From Escherichia coli (GTDB lineage: Bacteria > Pseudomonadota > Gammaproteobacteria > Enterobacterales > Enterobacteriaceae): a stretch of DNA of 64,000 bases. The stretch is from NCBI RefSeq assembly GCF_024502345.1, contig NZ_JALDNN010000001.1, one strand, 5' to 3'. This document shows positions 45,553 through 58,776 of the stretch, one piece after another. Position 1 is the stretch's first letter; the number at the start of each line of letters is the position of its first letter. Both the position numbers and the translations under genes were made by a program. The notes beneath the pieces are model-generated. The model searched no databases. It saw only the letters and a list, made by a program, of their open reading frames with translations, and was not told where the DNA came from.

Positions 45553-46929
45553 TTATTGGTTTTCAGCCAGCTGACGATCGTGGCGACGCTTAAACATCCA
45601 GCCAATCAACAGCACAACAATCCACGCGAAACCGACATACAGCGAGATACGCGTATCCGGGTGATAACCAATCAACCCGATAATAAAGAGCAGGAAAATC
45701 AGCCCGCCGATGGTCGTTGCTACCCCACCCGGCACTTTAAATTTCAGCGCATTAACTTCTTCTGGCGGCAAACGGCGACGGAAGGCAATTTGCGACAGCA
45801 GGATCATAATCCACACCCACACCGTGGCGAAGGTTGCCAGCGAAGCGATCACCAGGAAGACGTTTTCCGGCATGATGTAGTTCAGATACACCGCAAACAG
45901 CAGCGCGGTAGTCATCACCAGCACCGTAACCCACGGAATACCGCGACGCGACGTTTTGCTGAAAATTTTCGGCGCGCTGCCCTGCTCTGCCATACCGTGG
46001 AGCATACGGCCTACGCCAAATACATCACTGTTAATTGCCGACAGCGAAGCAGTCAGCACAACAAAGTTAAGAATGCTGGCGGCAAAGGTAATGCCCATAT
46101 GCTGGAACGTCAGCACGAACGGGCTACCGGCAGTGCCAACCTGATTCCACGGGTAGATAGACATAATGACGAACAGCGTACCGACGTAGAACACCAGAAT
46201 ACGCATCGGCACGGAGTTAATCGCACGCGGTATCGATTTCTCAGGATCTTTCGCTTCACCGGCGGTAATCCCGATAATTTCGATCCCACCGTAAGCAAAC
46301 ATCACCATTTGCAACGACATTACCATGCCAAGCCAGCCGTTACTGAAGAAGCCGCCGTTGCTCCACAGGTTATGAATACCGGTCGGTTGCCCGCCGTTGC
46401 CAATCCCCCAGATGATGATGCCGAAACCGGCGACAATCATGATGATGATGGTGGCGACTTTAAAGAACGAGAACCAGAATTCCAGCTCACCGAAGACCTT
46501 CACGCTCATCAGGTTTACGGCGCAAATGATCAGCACCACGCTCAGTACCCAAATCCAGTGCGGCACCGTCGGGAACCAGACACCCATATAGATACCAAAA
46601 GCGGTCACATCGGCGATGGCGACAATAAGGATTTCAAAGCAGTAGGTCCATCCGGTAATGTAACCTGCCAGCGGGCCGAGGTTTTCCTGCGCATAACGCG
46701 AGAAAGAGCTGGCGGCCGGGTTATGTACCGACATTTCCCCCAGCGCACGCATAATGATATACGCCGCGATACCACCGATAATATAGGCCAACAACACGCT
46801 CGGACCGGCCATTTTGATGGCGTCTGCCGAACCGTAAAACAGCCCGGTGCCAATTGCTGAACCCAGTGCCATAAAGCGTATGTGGCGGGTACTTAGCCCA
46901 CGCTTTAGCTTGTTCTTACTTTCCATCAA
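45553..46929 (-). CDS. proY: proline-specific permease ProY (APC family)
   Basis: ORF track 458 aa ([23 protein letters not shown]); true start probably the second Met. Confidence 0.95.
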   Translation of the reverse strand: MMESKNKLKRGLSTRHIRFMALGSAIGTGLFYGSADAIKMAGPSVLLAYIIGGIAAYIIMRALGEMSVHNPAASSFSRYAQENLGPLAGYITGWTYCFEILIVAIADVTAFGIYMGVWFPTVPHWIWVLSVVLIICAVNLMSVKVFGELEFWFSFFKVATIIIMIVAGFGIIIWGIGNGGQPTGIHNLWSNGGFFSNGWLGMVMSLQMVMFAYGGIEIIGITAGEAKDPEKSIPRAINSVPMRILVFYVGTLFVIMSIYPWNQVGTAGSPFVLTFQHMGITFAASILNFVVLTASLSAINSDVFGVGRMLHGMAEQGSAPKIFSKTSRRGIPWVTVLVMTTALLFAVYLNYIMPENVFLVIASLATFATVWVWIMILLSQIAFRRRLPPEEVNALKFKVPGGVATTIGGLIFLLFIIGLIGYHPDTRISLYVGFAWIVVLLIGWMFKRRHDRQLAENQ

Positions 46930-47001
46930 TTCCTAACCCATCAACACAATAAAAAACCACGGGGCATCGCAGCCCCGTGGTTAAAACAAATGTTCAGTGA
47001 T

Positions 47002-48321
47002 TTAGTGAGCGCTGGAGGTCACCTGACGACCTGCCGCGCGATCCCAGATAATGGCCAGAACCACCATCACCACTGTTGGCATTAACCACGCCAGACCTTG
47101 TTCGGCCAGCGGTAAACGCTGCGCCCAGGACGGTAAGATATCGCTGAATGCAGATGCTTTGATCCCGTCGAGAATACCAAAAAGCAGGCTGATAAACATC
47201 GGCGGAGCAATCACGCGGGACGAATTATGCCACCATGAGCGTGTAAAACTTAATACAACCAGTGCGATACACGGCGGATAAATAGCGGTCAGCACCGGTA
47301 CGGAGATCTGGATCAGCTGGCTTAAGCCGAGGTTAGAAACCACCATCGAGAAGCCGCCGAGGATAAACACCAGCGTACGATAAGAGAGCGGTACGTACTG
47401 GGCAAAGAATTCTGCACAAGCACAGGTCAGGCCAACTGCCGTTACCAGGCAGGCGATGAAGATTAACGCCGCCAGCAGGAAGCTACCGCCGCCGCCAAAG
47501 GTGTGCTGAACGTAAGCATGCAGAATAGCAGCGCCGTTTGCAGACTGATCGACCAGCGACGCGCTGTCTGAACCCAGACGGAACAGCGCCAGGTACAGCA
47601 GAGTCAGACCAACACCCGCCATCAGGCCAGCCCAGACGGTATAACGGGTCAGCAGACGCGCTTCGGTAACGCCACGAGAACGCGCCGCGTTAACAATAAC
47701 GATACCAAACACCATTGCGCCCAGCGTATCCATGGTCAGATAGCCGTTAACGAAGCCGTTAGAAAACGCAGCGTTTTGATAAGCCTCAGTCGCCGTGCTG
47801 ATAGAACCCGCCGGCCAGACAATCGCGGCAACAGACAGGATGACCAGCGCGATAATTTTCAGCGGCGCAAGGAAGTTGCCCACGGTATCCAGCAGCTTGC
47901 CCGGATAGAGCGAAACCAGAATAACGATAGCGAAATAGACCAGGCTGTAGATAAACAGCGGCAGCGCGGAATCACCAGTCAGCGGCGCAATCCCCACTTC
48001 AAAGGAAACGGTAGCTGTACGCGGCGTAGCGAAAAGCGGCCCCACCGCCAGGTAACAAACCGTTGCCAGCAGCACGCCAGCGACTTTACCGATTGGCGTG
48101 CTGAGGCTGTCAACACCGCCGCCAACTTTTGCCAGCGCCACTACCGTTAATACCGGCAGGCCAACGGCAGTAATGAGGAAGCCGAATGCCGCAGTCCAGA
48201 CGTGTTCGCCTGCCTGCAAGCCGACCATTGGAGGGAAAATAATGTTACCTGCGCCGACGAACAACGCAAATGTCATAAAGCCCAGAGCGATGATATCGCG
48301 CGATCTTAATTGATGGGTCAT
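47002..48321 (-). CDS. brnQ: branched-chain amino acid transporter BrnQ (LIVCS family)
   Basis: 439 aa polytopic [34 protein letters not shown]. Confidence 0.96.
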   Translation of the reverse strand: MTHQLRSRDIIALGFMTFALFVGAGNIIFPPMVGLQAGEHVWTAAFGFLITAVGLPVLTVVALAKVGGGVDSLSTPIGKVAGVLLATVCYLAVGPLFATPRTATVSFEVGIAPLTGDSALPLFIYSLVYFAIVILVSLYPGKLLDTVGNFLAPLKIIALVILSVAAIVWPAGSISTATEAYQNAAFSNGFVNGYLTMDTLGAMVFGIVIVNAARSRGVTEARLLTRYTVWAGLMAGVGLTLLYLALFRLGSDSASLVDQSANGAAILHAYVQHTFGGGGSFLLAALIFIACLVTAVGLTCACAEFFAQYVPLSYRTLVFILGGFSMVVSNLGLSQLIQISVPVLTAIYPPCIALVVLSFTRSWWHNSSRVIAPPMFISLLFGILDGIKASAFSDILPSWAQRLPLAEQGLAWLMPTVVMVVLAIIWDRAAGRQVTSSAH

Positions 48322-48674
48322 AAATCATACTGCCTGTGGATGTGGTGTTGTAACGTTAAATTTTTGTGCCAATCCCTGGGGATGATACAGCGGTATATTT
48401 AAACAATTTTAGCGGGAAATACTCCCAACCAGGCGCGGCGAAGAATAGTTTTTCGATTTACCGCGTTAATGCAGTCAGTATGACAGCACCTGAAGCGCAA
48501 TTTAAACGCTTATAACGTTTTAAAGCAAGGAGGGATCTAAAAACCAGAGGTATATAGCGATAAGAAATCACCAACCAGTATAAAACACTATTTCCGTGAA
48601 AAAGACATGGCTAATCATGCGAACAAAAAATCACCAACCGTTGTAAAATCTAACGCCCGTATTTTGACTGCAAA

Positions 48675-48702
48675 GAAAATAAGCCAGCATCGGCTGGCTT
48701 AT
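48675..48702 (-). terminator. phoR terminator hairpin
   Basis: aagccagc-atcg-gctggctt with T-run on the minus strand. Confidence 0.5.
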
Positions 48703-48727
48703 GGCAATAAAAGATGACAAAGGCGGA

Positions 48728-50023
48728 TTAATCGCTGTTTTTGGCAATTAAACGTTCCGGGATAACAAAACTGAAACGTGTTCCTTTTCCTACTGTACTC
48801 TCAATATTCAGGCGACTTTCGTGATGATTCACAGCATGTTTCACGATCGCTAACCCTAATCCGCTACCGCCGGTTTGCCGGGAACGCGCTTTATCAACGC
48901 GATAAAAACGCTCGGTCAGGCGCGGAATATGCTCCGCTGCAATGCCCGGTCCGTTATCTTCAACGCTAAATTCGGCACCGTGCGGCACTCGCTGCCAGCG
49001 TACGGTGATATGCGTGCCTTCCGGCGTATGATTCACGGCGTTATAGACCAGGTTCGAAATCGCACTGCGTAGCTGATCTTCGTTGCCAGACACCTTGAGG
49101 CCGCTATCTATCTCAAAGGTAAATGTCTGTTTTTTCTGACTCAGAGTCTGAGCCTCACGCTCAACAACGCGCAGCATCATCGGCACATCAACCTTTTCAT
49201 TGAGCAAATGCGTCGGTGCGGCTTCTATTTTCGACAGCGTCAGCAATTGCTTCACCAGCCCTTCCATCCGCTGGGTCTGCTCGCGCATGGTGTGCAACGC
49301 TTTTTCACGTACAGCCCCCTCCAGGGGTTGCTCATCCATCATCTCCAGGTAACCCTGTAACACGGTCAATGGCGTACGTAACTCATGGCTCACGTTGGCA
49401 AAAAAGTTACGCCGCGCCCCTTCCAGTTGATGCATTTGCGTGACATCACGCGCCACCATCAGCAACTGTTTGTGGGTATAAGGCATGACACGAATTTCCA
49501 GATGCCGCCCGGTGTTGAGCACCAGATTGAGCGGGCGAGAAAAATCACGCGTTTTCAGATATTGCGTAAACTCCGGGTAACGCAGCAGGTTAAGGATGTT
49601 CTGCCCATTATCTTCCGGCCAGCGCAAACCAAGAATCTGTTGCGCCAGACCGTTACACCAGAAAATACCGCCCTCTTCCGTGGTCAGCACCACTGCGTCG
49701 GGTAGCGACTCCGCGCCGCTACGAAAGCGTTTAATCAGATTGCCCAGTTCACGGCGGCGTTTTTTATTTCGCAGCTGCATCTGGTGTAAGCCGTATAGCA
49801 GCGGTTCCCAGCTACCACGCCCCGGTGGTGGGGTCATACTACGATCCACCCACAGCCACCATGAAAGGCGCAATAAATTCCAGAAATGCCAGATAAGCAG
49901 TCCCGTTACCGATGCCAGCAAAAACCAGGGTAGGTAACCAAAAAATGCACCCAGGATGAAAGCCGGGAGGCAGCAAAGTAGCAGCTCCAGCACCAGCCTT
50001 TTCCACGACAGCCGTTCCAGCAC
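48728..50023 (-). CDS. phoR: phosphate regulon sensor histidine kinase PhoR
   Basis: 431 aa ORF with H-box (HELRTPL) and HATPase domain; downstream of phoB. Confidence 0.97.
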   Translation of the reverse strand: MLERLSWKRLVLELLLCCLPAFILGAFFGYLPWFLLASVTGLLIWHFWNLLRLSWWLWVDRSMTPPPGRGSWEPLLYGLHQMQLRNKKRRRELGNLIKRFRSGAESLPDAVVLTTEEGGIFWCNGLAQQILGLRWPEDNGQNILNLLRYPEFTQYLKTRDFSRPLNLVLNTGRHLEIRVMPYTHKQLLMVARDVTQMHQLEGARRNFFANVSHELRTPLTVLQGYLEMMDEQPLEGAVREKALHTMREQTQRMEGLVKQLLTLSKIEAAPTHLLNEKVDVPMMLRVVEREAQTLSQKKQTFTFEIDSGLKVSGNEDQLRSAISNLVYNAVNHTPEGTHITVRWQRVPHGAEFSVEDNGPGIAAEHIPRLTERFYRVDKARSRQTGGSGLGLAIVKHAVNHHESRLNIESTVGKGTRFSFVIPERLIAKNSD

Positions 50024-50080
50024 GTAAGATACTCCAGTTAAGAAATCATAAGCCCTGCTCTGCGTCCGATGAGCAAGGCG

Positions 50081-50770
50081 TTAAAAGCGGGTTGAAAAAC
50101 GATATCCTGTACCGCGCACGGTCTGCACCATGCGGTCATGCCCGCCGGGCTCCAGTGCTTTACGCAGGCGACGAATGTGGACATCGACCGTGCGGTCTTC
50201 CACATACACGTTAGTTCCCCAGACGTGGTTTAACAGCTGCTCGCGGCTGTACACGCGCTCAGGATGCGTCATAAAAAAGTGCAGCAGTTTAAATTCTGTC
50301 GGCCCCATCTCCAGCGGCTCTTCGCCCGCCATCACCCGGTGAGATGTCGGGTCGAGACTTAATCCCTGCATCTCAATCACCTCTTCCACCGCCATTGGCG
50401 AAATACGGCGCATTACCGCTTTGATTCGCGCCACCAGCTCCTTCGGCGAAAACGGCTTGGTGATATAGTCATCCGCGCCGGTTTCAAGGCCGCGCACGCG
50501 ATCTTCTTCTTCCCCTCTGGCGGTCAACATCACCACTGGAATATCCCGGGTCATCGACTCGCGCTTGAGGTGTTTGATGAACTGGATACCGGAGCCGCCA
50601 GGTAACATCCAGTCAAGGAGAATTAAATCCGGCCAGGGTTCATTCAGTTGATTCACAGCACTGTCATAATCTTCCGCTTCGACCGGCTGAAAGCCATTTT
50701 GTTCGAGCACGAAGCAGACCATTTCGCGAATTGGAGCTTCATCTTCTACGACCAGAATACGTCTCGCCAT
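50081..50770 (-). CDS. phoB: phosphate regulon response regulator PhoB
   Basis: 229 aa [21 protein letters not shown] with receiver and winged-helix domains. Confidence 0.98.
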
Positions 50771-50811
50771 GATTTGCCCTGTTGTAATAAATAGGTTGCG
50801 ATCATTAATGC

Positions 50812-50845
50812 GACGTCATTATGCGTCAGATTTATGACAGATTTA
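50812..50845 (-). promoter_or_regulatory. phoB: pho box of the phoBR promoter
   Basis: Reverse complement reads TTTTCATAAATCTGTCATAAATCTGACGCATAATGACG: tandem CTGTCAT-type 7-mers followed by a -10-like CATAAT upstream of phoB. Confidence 0.6.
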
Positions 50846-50959
50846 TGAAAAGCTCGTCGCACATATCTTCAGGTTATTGATTTCCGTGGCGCAGAAAAAA
50901 GCAAATGGCACATCTGTTTGGGTATAATCGCGCCCATGCTTTTTCGCCAGGGAACCGTT

Positions 50960-52162
50960 ATGCGCATCCTTCACACCTCAGACTGGCATCTCGGCCAGAA
51001 CTTCTACAGTAAAAGCCGCGAAGCTGAACATCAGGCTTTTCTTGACTGGCTGCTGGAGACAGCACAAACCCATCAGGTGGATGCGATTATTGTTGCCGGT
51101 GATGTTTTCGATACCGGCTCGCCGCCCAGTTACGCCCGCACGTTATACAACCGTTTTGTTGTCAATTTACAGCAAACTGGCTGTCATCTGGTGGTACTGG
51201 CAGGAAACCATGACTCGGTCGCCACGCTGAATGAATCGCGCGATATCATGGCGTTCCTCAATACGACCGTGGTCGCCAGCGCCGGACATGCGCCGCAAAT
51301 CTTGCCTCGTCGCGACGGGACGCCAGGCGCAGTGCTGTGCCCCATTCCGTTTTTACGTCCGCGTGACATTATTACCAGCCAGGCGGGGCTTAACGGTATT
51401 GAAAAACAGCAGCATTTACTGGCAGCGATTACCGATTATTACCAACAACACTATGCCGATGCCTGCAAACTGCGCGGCGATCAGCCTCTGCCCATCATCG
51501 CCACGGGACATTTAACGACCGTGGGGGCCAGTAAAAGTGACGCCGTGCGTGACATTTATATTGGCACGCTGGACGCGTTTCCGGCACAAAACTTTCCACC
51601 AGCCGACTACATCGCGCTCGGGCATATTCACCGCGCACAGATTATTGGCGGCATGGAACATGTTCGCTATTGCGGCTCCCCCATTCCACTGAGTTTTGAT
51701 GAATGCGGTAAGAGTAAATATGTCCATCTGGTGACATTTTCAAACGGCAAATTAGAGAGCGTGGAAAACCTGAACGTACCGGTAACGCAACCCATGGCGG
51801 TGCTGAAAGGCGATCTGGCGTCGATTACCGCACAGCTGGAACAGTGGCGCGATGTATCACAGGAGCCGCCTGTCTGGCTGGATATCGAAATCACTACTGA
51901 TGAGTATCTGCATGATATTCAGCGCAAAATCCAGGCATTAACCGAATCATTGCCTGTTGAAGTATTGCTGGTACGCCGGAGTCGCGAACAGCGCGAGCGT
52001 GTGTTAGCCAGCCAACAGCGTGAAACCCTCAGCGAACTCAGCGTCGAAGAGGTGTTCAATCGCCGTCTGGCACTGGAAGAACTGGAGGAATCGCAGCAGC
52101 AACGTCTGCAGCATCTTTTCGCCACGACGTTGCATAGCCTCGCCGGAGAACACGAAGCATGA
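50960..52162 (+). CDS. sbcD: exonuclease SbcCD nuclease subunit SbcD
   Basis: ORF track 50918..52162; start placed at [12 protein letters not shown] for 400 aa; Mre11-like phosphoesterase motifs. Confidence 0.95.
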   Translation: MRILHTSDWHLGQNFYSKSREAEHQAFLDWLLETAQTHQVDAIIVAGDVFDTGSPPSYARTLYNRFVVNLQQTGCHLVVLAGNHDSVATLNESRDIMAFLNTTVVASAGHAPQILPRRDGTPGAVLCPIPFLRPRDIITSQAGLNGIEKQQHLLAAITDYYQQHYADACKLRGDQPLPIIATGHLTTVGASKSDAVRDIYIGTLDAFPAQNFPPADYIALGHIHRAQIIGGMEHVRYCGSPIPLSFDECGKSKYVHLVTFSNGKLESVENLNVPVTQPMAVLKGDLASITAQLEQWRDVSQEPPVWLDIEITTDEYLHDIQRKIQALTESLPVEVLLVRRSREQRERVLASQQRETLSELSVEEVFNRRLALEELEESQQQRLQHLFATTLHSLAGEHEA

Positions 52163-55100
52163 AAATTCTCAGCCTGCGCCTGAAAAACCTGAACTCATTA
52201 AAAGGCGAATGGAAGATTGATTTCACCCGCGAGCCGTTCGCCAGCAACGGGCTGTTTGCCATTACCGGCCCAACCGGTGCGGGGAAAACCACCCTGCTGG
52301 ACGCCATTTGTCTGGCGCTGTATCACGAAACTCCGCGCCTCTCTAACGTTTCACAATCGCAAAATGATCTCATGACCCGTGATACCGCCGAATGTCTGGC
52401 GGAGGTGGAGTTTGAAGTGAAAGGTGAAGCGTATCGCGCGTTCTGGAGCCAGAATCGGGCGCGTAACCAGCCCGACGGTAATTTGCAGGTGCCACGCGTA
52501 GAGCTGGCGCGCTGCGCCGATGGCAAAATTCTCGCCGACAAAGTGAAAGATAAGCTGGAACTGACGGCGACGTTAACCGGACTGGATTACGGGCGCTTCA
52601 CCCGTTCGATGCTGCTTTCGCAGGGGCAATTTGCTGCCTTCCTGAATGCCAAACCAAAAGAACGCGCGGAATTGCTCGAGGAGTTAACCGGCACTGAAAT
52701 CTACGGGCAAATCTCGGCGATGGTTTTTGAGCAGCACAAATCGGCCCGCACTGAGCTGGAGAAGCTGCAAGCGCAGGCCAGCGGCGTCGCGTTGCTCACG
52801 CCGGAACAAGTGCAATCGCTGATAGCGAGTTTGCAGGTACTTACTGACGAAGAAAAACAGTTACTTACCGCGCAGCAGCAAGAACAACAATCACTAAACT
52901 GGTTAACGCGTCTGGACGAATTGCAGCAAGAAGCCAGCCGCCGTCAGCAGGCCTTGCAACAGGCGTTAGCCGAAGAAGAAAAAGCGCAACCTCAACTGGC
53001 GGCGCTCAGTCTGGCACAACCGGCACGAAATCTTCGTCCGCACTGGGAACGCATCGCAGAACACAGCGCGGCGCTGGCGCATACTCGCCAGCAGATTGAA
53101 GAAGTAAATACTCGCTTACAGAGCACAATGGCGCTTCGCGCGAGCATTCGCCACCACGCGGCGAAGCAGTCAGCAGAATTACAGCAGCAGCAACAAAGCC
53201 TGAATACCTGGTTACAGGAACACGACCGCTTCCGTCAGTGGAACAACGAACTGGCGGGTTGGCGTGCGCAGTTCTCCCAACAAACCAGCGATCGCGAGCA
53301 TCTGCGGCAATGGCAGCAACAGTTAACCCATGCTGAGCAAAAACTTAATACGCTTGCGGCGATCACGTTGACGTTAACCGCCGATGAAGTTGCTAGCGCC
53401 CTTGCGCAACATGCCGAGCAACGCCCACTGCGTCAGCGCCTGGTCGCGCTGCATGGGCAGATTGTTCCCCAACAAAAACGTCTGGCGCAGTTAATGGCCA
53501 CTATCCAGAATGTCACTCTGGAACAGACGCAACGTAATGCCGCACTTAACGAAATGCGCCAGCGTTATAAAGAAAAGACGCAGCAGCTTGCCGATGTGAA
53601 AACCATTTGCGAGCAGGAAGCGCGCATCAAAACGCTGGAAGCCCAGCGCGCGCAGTTACAGGCGGGTCAGCCTTGTCCACTTTGTGGTTCCACCAGCCAT
53701 CCAGCGGTCGAGGCGTATCAGGCGCTGGAACCAGGCGTTAATCAGGCCCGGCTATTAACGCTGGAAAAAGAAGTGAAAAAGCTCGGCGAAGAAGGTGCGG
53801 CGCTGCGCGGGCAACTGGATGCATTAACGAAGCAGCTTCAGCGCGATGAAAACGAAGCGCAAAGCCTCCGACAAGATGAGCAAGCACTTACTCAACAATG
53901 GCAAGCCGTCACGGCCAGCCTCAATATCACCCTGCAGCCACAGGACGATATTCAACCGTGGCTAGATGCACAAGATGAGCACGAACGCCAGCTGCGGTTA
54001 CTCAGCCAACGACATGAATTACAAGGGCAGATTGCCGCGCATAATCAGCAAATTATCCAGTATCAACAGCAAATTGAACAACGCCAGCAGCAGCTCTTAA
54101 CGGCATTGGCGGGTTATGCACTGACATTGCCACAGGAAGATGAAGAAGAGAGCTGGTTGGCGACACGTCAGCAAGAAGCGCAGAGTTGGCAGCAACGCCA
54201 GAACGAATTAACCGCGCGGCAAAACCGTATTCAGCAGCTGACGCCGATTCTGGAAACGTTGCCGCAAAGTGATGAGCTCCCGCACAGCGAAGAAACTGTG
54301 GCGCTGGAAAACTGGCGGCAGGTTCATGAACAATGTCTCGCATTACACAGCCAGCAGCAGACGTTACAGCAACAGGACTTTCTGGCGGCGCAAAGTCTGC
54401 AAAAAGCCCAGGCGCGGTTTGACACCGCGCTACAGGCCAGCGTCTTTGACGATCAGCAGGCGTTCCTTGCGGCGCTAGTGGATGAACAAACACTAACGCA
54501 GCTGGAACAGCTCAAGCAGAATCTGGAAAACCAGCGCCGTCAGGCGCAAACGCTGGTCACTCAGACAGCAGAAGCGCTGGCACAGCATCAGCAACACCGA
54601 CCTGACGGGTTGGCTCTCACTGTGACGGTGGAGCAGATTCAGCAAGAGTTAGCGCAAACTCACCAAAAGTTGCGTGAAAACACCACGAGTCAAGGCGAGA
54701 TTCGCCAGCAGCTGAAGCAGGATGCAGATAACCGTCAGCAACAACAAACCTTAATGCAGCAAATTGCTCAAATGACGCAGCAGGTTGAGGACTGGGGATA
54801 TCTGAATTCGCTAATAGGTTCCAAAGAGGGCGATAAATTCCGCAAGTTTGCCCAGGGGCTGACGCTGGATAATTTAGTCCATCTCGCTAATCAGCAACTT
54901 ACCCGGCTGCACGGGCGCTATCTGTTACAGCGCAAAGCCAGCGAGGCGCTGGAAGTCGAGGTTGTTGATACCTGGCAGGCAGATGCGGTACGCGATACCC
55001 GTACCCTTTCCGGCGGCGAAAGTTTCCTCGTTAGTCTGGCGCTGGCGCTGGCGCTTTCGGATCTGGTCAGCCATAAAACACGTATTGACTCGCTGTTCCT

Positions 55101-55302
55101 TGATGAAGGTTTTGGCACGCTGGATAGCGAAACGCTGGATACCGCCCTTGATGCGCTGGATGCCCTGAACGCCAGTGGCAAAACCATCGGTGTGATTAGC
55201 CACGTAGAAGCGATGAAAGAGCGTATTCCGGTGCAGATCAAAGTGAAAAAGATCAACGGCCTGGGCTACAGCAAACTGGAAAGTACGTTTGCAGTGAAAT
55301 AA
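52159..55302 (+). CDS. sbcC: exonuclease SbcCD ATPase subunit SbcC
   Basis: 1047 aa ORF with Walker [10 protein letters not shown], long Q-rich coiled coil, CxxC hook (CPLCGS) and C-terminal signature/Walker B; start overlaps sbcD stop (ATGA). Confidence 0.97.
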   Translation: MKILSLRLKNLNSLKGEWKIDFTREPFASNGLFAITGPTGAGKTTLLDAICLALYHETPRLSNVSQSQNDLMTRDTAECLAEVEFEVKGEAYRAFWSQNRARNQPDGNLQVPRVELARCADGKILADKVKDKLELTATLTGLDYGRFTRSMLLSQGQFAAFLNAKPKERAELLEELTGTEIYGQISAMVFEQHKSARTELEKLQAQASGVALLTPEQVQSLIASLQVLTDEEKQLLTAQQQEQQSLNWLTRLDELQQEASRRQQALQQALAEEEKAQPQLAALSLAQPARNLRPHWERIAEHSAALAHTRQQIEEVNTRLQSTMALRASIRHHAAKQSAELQQQQQSLNTWLQEHDRFRQWNNELAGWRAQFSQQTSDREHLRQWQQQLTHAEQKLNTLAAITLTLTADEVASALAQHAEQRPLRQRLVALHGQIVPQQKRLAQLMATIQNVTLEQTQRNAALNEMRQRYKEKTQQLADVKTICEQEARIKTLEAQRAQLQAGQPCPLCGSTSHPAVEAYQALEPGVNQARLLTLEKEVKKLGEEGAALRGQLDALTKQLQRDENEAQSLRQDEQALTQQWQAVTASLNITLQPQDDIQPWLDAQDEHERQLRLLSQRHELQGQIAAHNQQIIQYQQQIEQRQQQLLTALAGYALTLPQEDEEESWLATRQQEAQSWQQRQNELTARQNRIQQLTPILETLPQSDELPHSEETVALENWRQVHEQCLALHSQQQTLQQQDFLAAQSLQKAQARFDTALQASVFDDQQAFLAALVDEQTLTQLEQLKQNLENQRRQAQTLVTQTAEALAQHQQHRPDGLALTVTVEQIQQELAQTHQKLRENTTSQGEIRQQLKQDADNRQQQQTLMQQIAQMTQQVEDWGYLNSLIGSKEGDKFRKFAQGLTLDNLVHLANQQLTRLHGRYLLQRKASEALEVEVVDTWQADAVRDTRTLSGGESFLVSLALALALSDLVSHKTRIDSLFLDEGFGTLDSETLDTALDALDALNASGKTIGVISHVEAMKERIPVQIKVKKINGLGYSKLESTFAVK

Positions 55303-55427
55303 CTATTCAGCAGGATAATGAATACAGAGGGGCGAATTATCTCTTGGCCTTGTTGGTCGTTATCCTGCAAGCTATCACTTTATTGGCTACGGTGATTGGT
55401 AGCCGTTCTGGTGGTTGTGATGGTGGT

Positions 55428-56612
55428 ATGAAAAAAGTCATTTTATCTTTGGCTCTGGGCACGTTTGGTTTGGGGATGGCCGAATTTGGCATTATGGGCG
55501 TGCTCACAGAGCTGGCGCATAACGTAGGAATTTCGATTCCTGCTGCCGGGCATATGATCTCGTATTATGCGCTGGGGGTGGTGGTCGGTGCGCCAATAAT
55601 CGCACTCTTTTCCAGCCGCTACTCACTCAAACATATCTTGTTGTTTCTGGTGGCGTTGTGCGTCATTGGCAACGCCATGTTCACGCTCTCTTCGTCTTAC
55701 CTGATGCTTGCCATTGGTCGCCTGGTTTCCGGCTTTCCGCATGGCGCATTTTTTGGCGTCGGAGCGATCGTGTTATCAAAAATTATCAAACCCGGAAAAG
55801 TCACCGCCGCCGTGGCGGGGATGGTTTCCGGGATGACAGTCGCCAATTTGCTGGGCATTCCGCTGGGAACGTATTTAAGTCAGGAATTTAGCTGGCGTTA
55901 CACCTTTTTATTGATCGCTGTTTTTAATATTGCGGTGATGGCATCGGTCTATTTTTGGGTGCCGGATATTCGCGACGAGGCGAAAGGAAAGCTGCGCGAA
56001 CAATTTCACTTTTTGCGCAGCCCGGCCCCGTGGTTAATTTTCGCCGCCACCATGTTTGGCAACGCAGGTGTGTTTGCCTGGTTCAGCTACGTAAAGCCAT
56101 ACATGATGTTTATTTCCGGTTTTTCGGAAACGGCGATGACCTTTATTATGATGTTAGTTGGGCTAGGGATGGTGCTGGGAAATATGCTAAGTGGCAGGAT
56201 TTCAGGACGTTATTCACCACTGCGCATTGCAGCAGTGACTGACTTTATAATTGTACTGGCACTGCTGATGCTCTTTTTCTGCGGCGGCATGAAAACAACG
56301 TCGCTTATTTTTGCTTTTATTTGTTGCGCGGGATTATTTGCCCTTTCAGCACCTCTGCAAATATTGTTACTGCAAAATGCCAAAGGCGGAGAGTTATTAG
56401 GTGCCGCAGGTGGGCAAATAGCGTTTAACCTCGGTAGCGCTGTCGGCGCATATTGCGGAGGTATGATGCTGACGCTGGGGCTGGCATATAATTACGTGGC
56501 GCTGCCTGCCGCCCTGCTTTCGTTTGCTGCGATGTCATCGTTGTTGCTGTATGGTCGCTATAAGCGCCAGCAAGCGGCGGATAGTCCGGTGCTGGCGAAA
56601 CCACTGGGGTAG
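55428..56612 (+). CDS. araJ: MFS transporter AraJ
   Basis: ORF track 55344..56612; start placed at MKKVILSLALGTFGLG for 394 aa. Confidence 0.9.
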   Translation: MKKVILSLALGTFGLGMAEFGIMGVLTELAHNVGISIPAAGHMISYYALGVVVGAPIIALFSSRYSLKHILLFLVALCVIGNAMFTLSSSYLMLAIGRLVSGFPHGAFFGVGAIVLSKIIKPGKVTAAVAGMVSGMTVANLLGIPLGTYLSQEFSWRYTFLLIAVFNIAVMASVYFWVPDIRDEAKGKLREQFHFLRSPAPWLIFAATMFGNAGVFAWFSYVKPYMMFISGFSETAMTFIMMLVGLGMVLGNMLSGRISGRYSPLRIAAVTDFIIVLALLMLFFCGGMKTTSLIFAFICCAGLFALSAPLQILLLQNAKGGELLGAAGGQIAFNLGSAVGAYCGGMMLTLGLAYNYVALPAALLSFAAMSSLLLYGRYKRQQAADSPVLAKPLG

Positions 56613-56640
56613 ATTACTGTCACGGTGCGCGTTGCTTATT

Positions 56641-56730
56641 GCCGGATGCGGCGTGAACGCCTTATCCGCCCTACGCGGTTCTGGCACATTTTGTAGGCCT
56701 GATAAGACGCGGCAAGCGTCGCATCAGGCA
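56641..56730. repeat. REP/BIME cluster between araJ and mak
   Basis: gccggatgcggcgtgaacgccttatccgccctac and taggcctgataagacgcggcaagcgtcgcatcaggc. Confidence 0.6.
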
Positions 56731-56754
56731 TGATGCGCCAATTGCCTACGTTTT

Positions 56755-57663
56755 TTACTCTTGTGGCCATAACCACGCAGCGCCGCGTACGCCGCTGGAA
56801 TCACCGTGCTTCGCCTTACGCACCGGCGTTTCACATTCGCCGCCGAAGACAAATTGTTTAATCAACTGCGGAACCGTTTGATATAAACGGTCTACATTGC
56901 TCATCCCGCCCCCCAGGACAATCACATCCGGATCGAGAATATTCACGACATGTGCCAGCGATTTTGCCAGCCGCAGCTCGTAGCGACGCAATGCCAGTTC
57001 CGCTACCGGATCGCTTTCTTCAACCAGGCGGATAATTTCACTGCCTTTCAGCGCATGTCCGCTCAAACGACGATAATCCGTCGCGAATCCCGTGCCCGAA
57101 ATAAAGGTTTCAATACAACCTTGTTTACCGCAATAACAAGGGACTTCCTCGCGATAACGCAGTTCGTCTTCGTCCATCCACGGTAGCGGATTGTGTCCCC
57201 ACTCACCTGCCGTGCCATTGCCGCCGATATGCGCCCGCCCATTGAATGCCACGCCCGCGCCGCATCCCGTGCCGATAATCACGGCAAATACCGTCTGCGC
57301 TCCCGCTGCCGCGCCATCTACTGCTTCTGAAACCGCCAGACAGTTGGCGTCATTTGCCAGCCGCACTTCCCGCTGCAACCTCGCGCTTAAGTCTTTATCG
57401 AATGGCTGACCGTTGAGCCAGGTTGAATTGGCATTCTTCACCACACCGGTGTAAGGCGAAATTGAGCCAGGAATGCCCATACCTACCGTTCCGCGCTGCC
57501 CTGTCGCCTGCTCCGCCATATCAACCAACGTGGCGATCGTTTCAATAGTCTGCCGGTAATCATCACGCGGCGTGGGCAGACGATGGCGGTACAACTGCTC
57601 CCCTGCATCGCCCAGTGCAATCACTTCAGTTTTGGTGCCGCCTAAATCGATACCTATACGCAC
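56755..57663 (-). CDS. mak: manno(fructo)kinase Mak (ROK family)
   Basis: ORF track 56755..57801; GTG start at 57661-57663 preceded by AGGAGA gives (M)[13 protein letters not shown], 302 aa. Confidence 0.9.
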   Translation of the reverse strand: MRIGIDLGGTKTEVIALGDAGEQLYRHRLPTPRDDYRQTIETIATLVDMAEQATGQRGTVGMGIPGSISPYTGVVKNANSTWLNGQPFDKDLSARLQREVRLANDANCLAVSEAVDGAAAGAQTVFAVIIGTGCGAGVAFNGRAHIGGNGTAGEWGHNPLPWMDEDELRYREEVPCYCGKQGCIETFISGTGFATDYRRLSGHALKGSEIIRLVEESDPVAELALRRYELRLAKSLAHVVNILDPDVIVLGGGMSNVDRLYQTVPQLIKQFVFGGECETPVRKAKHGDSSGVRGAAWLWPQE

Positions 57664-57787
57664 GGTACTCTCCTTATTTTTTTCAATATCAATAGCGTAG
57701 AGACGGACAACCGGATTGGCAATGCAAGGCCGCCGACAATTCGTTATCATGCCCGCTAAATTTAACGACAAGGCCGTGGAAATTATC

Positions 57788-58699
57788 ATGCTGTGGTTCA
57801 AAAATTTAATGGTTTACCGTCTTAGCCGCGAGATTTCGCTGCGTGCAGAAGAGATGGAAAAACAGCTAGCCTCGATGGCATTTACCCCATGCGGCAGCCA
57901 GGACATGGCGAAGATGGGCTGGGTTCCTCCGATGGGATCGCACAGCGATGCGTTAACGCACGTTGCCAATGGTCAAATTGTTATCTGCGCGCGCAAAGAA
58001 GAAAAAATCCTCCCGTCTCCGGTGATTAAACAGGCGCTGGAAGCGAAAATCGCCAAACTGGAAGCGGAACAGGCGCGTAAGCTGAAGAAAACCGAAAAAG
58101 ATTCGCTGAAAGACGAAGTGCTGCACTCTCTGCTGCCGCGAGCTTTCAGCCGTTTTAGCCAGACAATGATGTGGATCGACACGGTTAATGGTTTGATTAT
58201 GGTGGACTGCGCCAGCGCCAAAAAAGCGGAAGATACGCTGGCACTGCTGCGTAAAAGCCTGGGGTCGTTACCTGTTGTACCATTGAGCATGGAAAACCCG
58301 ATTGAACTGACGCTGACCGAATGGGTACGTTCCGGTAGTGCGGCACAGGGCTTCCAGCTGCTTGATGAAGCCGAGCTGAAATCGTTGCTGGAAGATGGCG
58401 GAGTGATCCGCGCGAAGAAACAAGATCTGACCAGCGAAGAGATCACCAATCACATTGAAGCCGGAAAAGTGGTGACTAAACTGGCGCTCGACTGGCAGCA
58501 GCGCATTCAGTTTGTGATGTGCGACGATGGTTCGCTCAAGCGTCTGAAGTTCTGCGACGAGCTGCGCGATCAAAACGAAGATATCGACCGTGAAGATTTC
58601 GCCCAGCGTTTTGATGCCGATTTCATCCTGATGACTGGTGAACTGGCAGCGTTAATTCAAAACCTGATTGAAGGATTAGGTGGCGAAGCACAACGTTAA
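57788..58699 (+). CDS. rdgC: recombination-associated protein RdgC
   Basis: ORF track 57716..58699; start placed at [18 protein letters not shown] for 303 aa. Confidence 0.95.
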
Positions 58700-58717
58700 T
58701 TGCTGATTTTCCTTTAA

Positions 58718-58762
58718 TGCCGGATGCGACGCCTGCCGCGTCTTATCCGGCGTACAAAGCCA
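58718..58762. repeat. REP-like unit between rdgC and the ykiA-region ORF
   Basis: tgccggatgcgacgcctgccgcgtcttatccggcgtac. Confidence 0.5.
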
Positions 58763-58776
58763 CACCAGGCATATAA

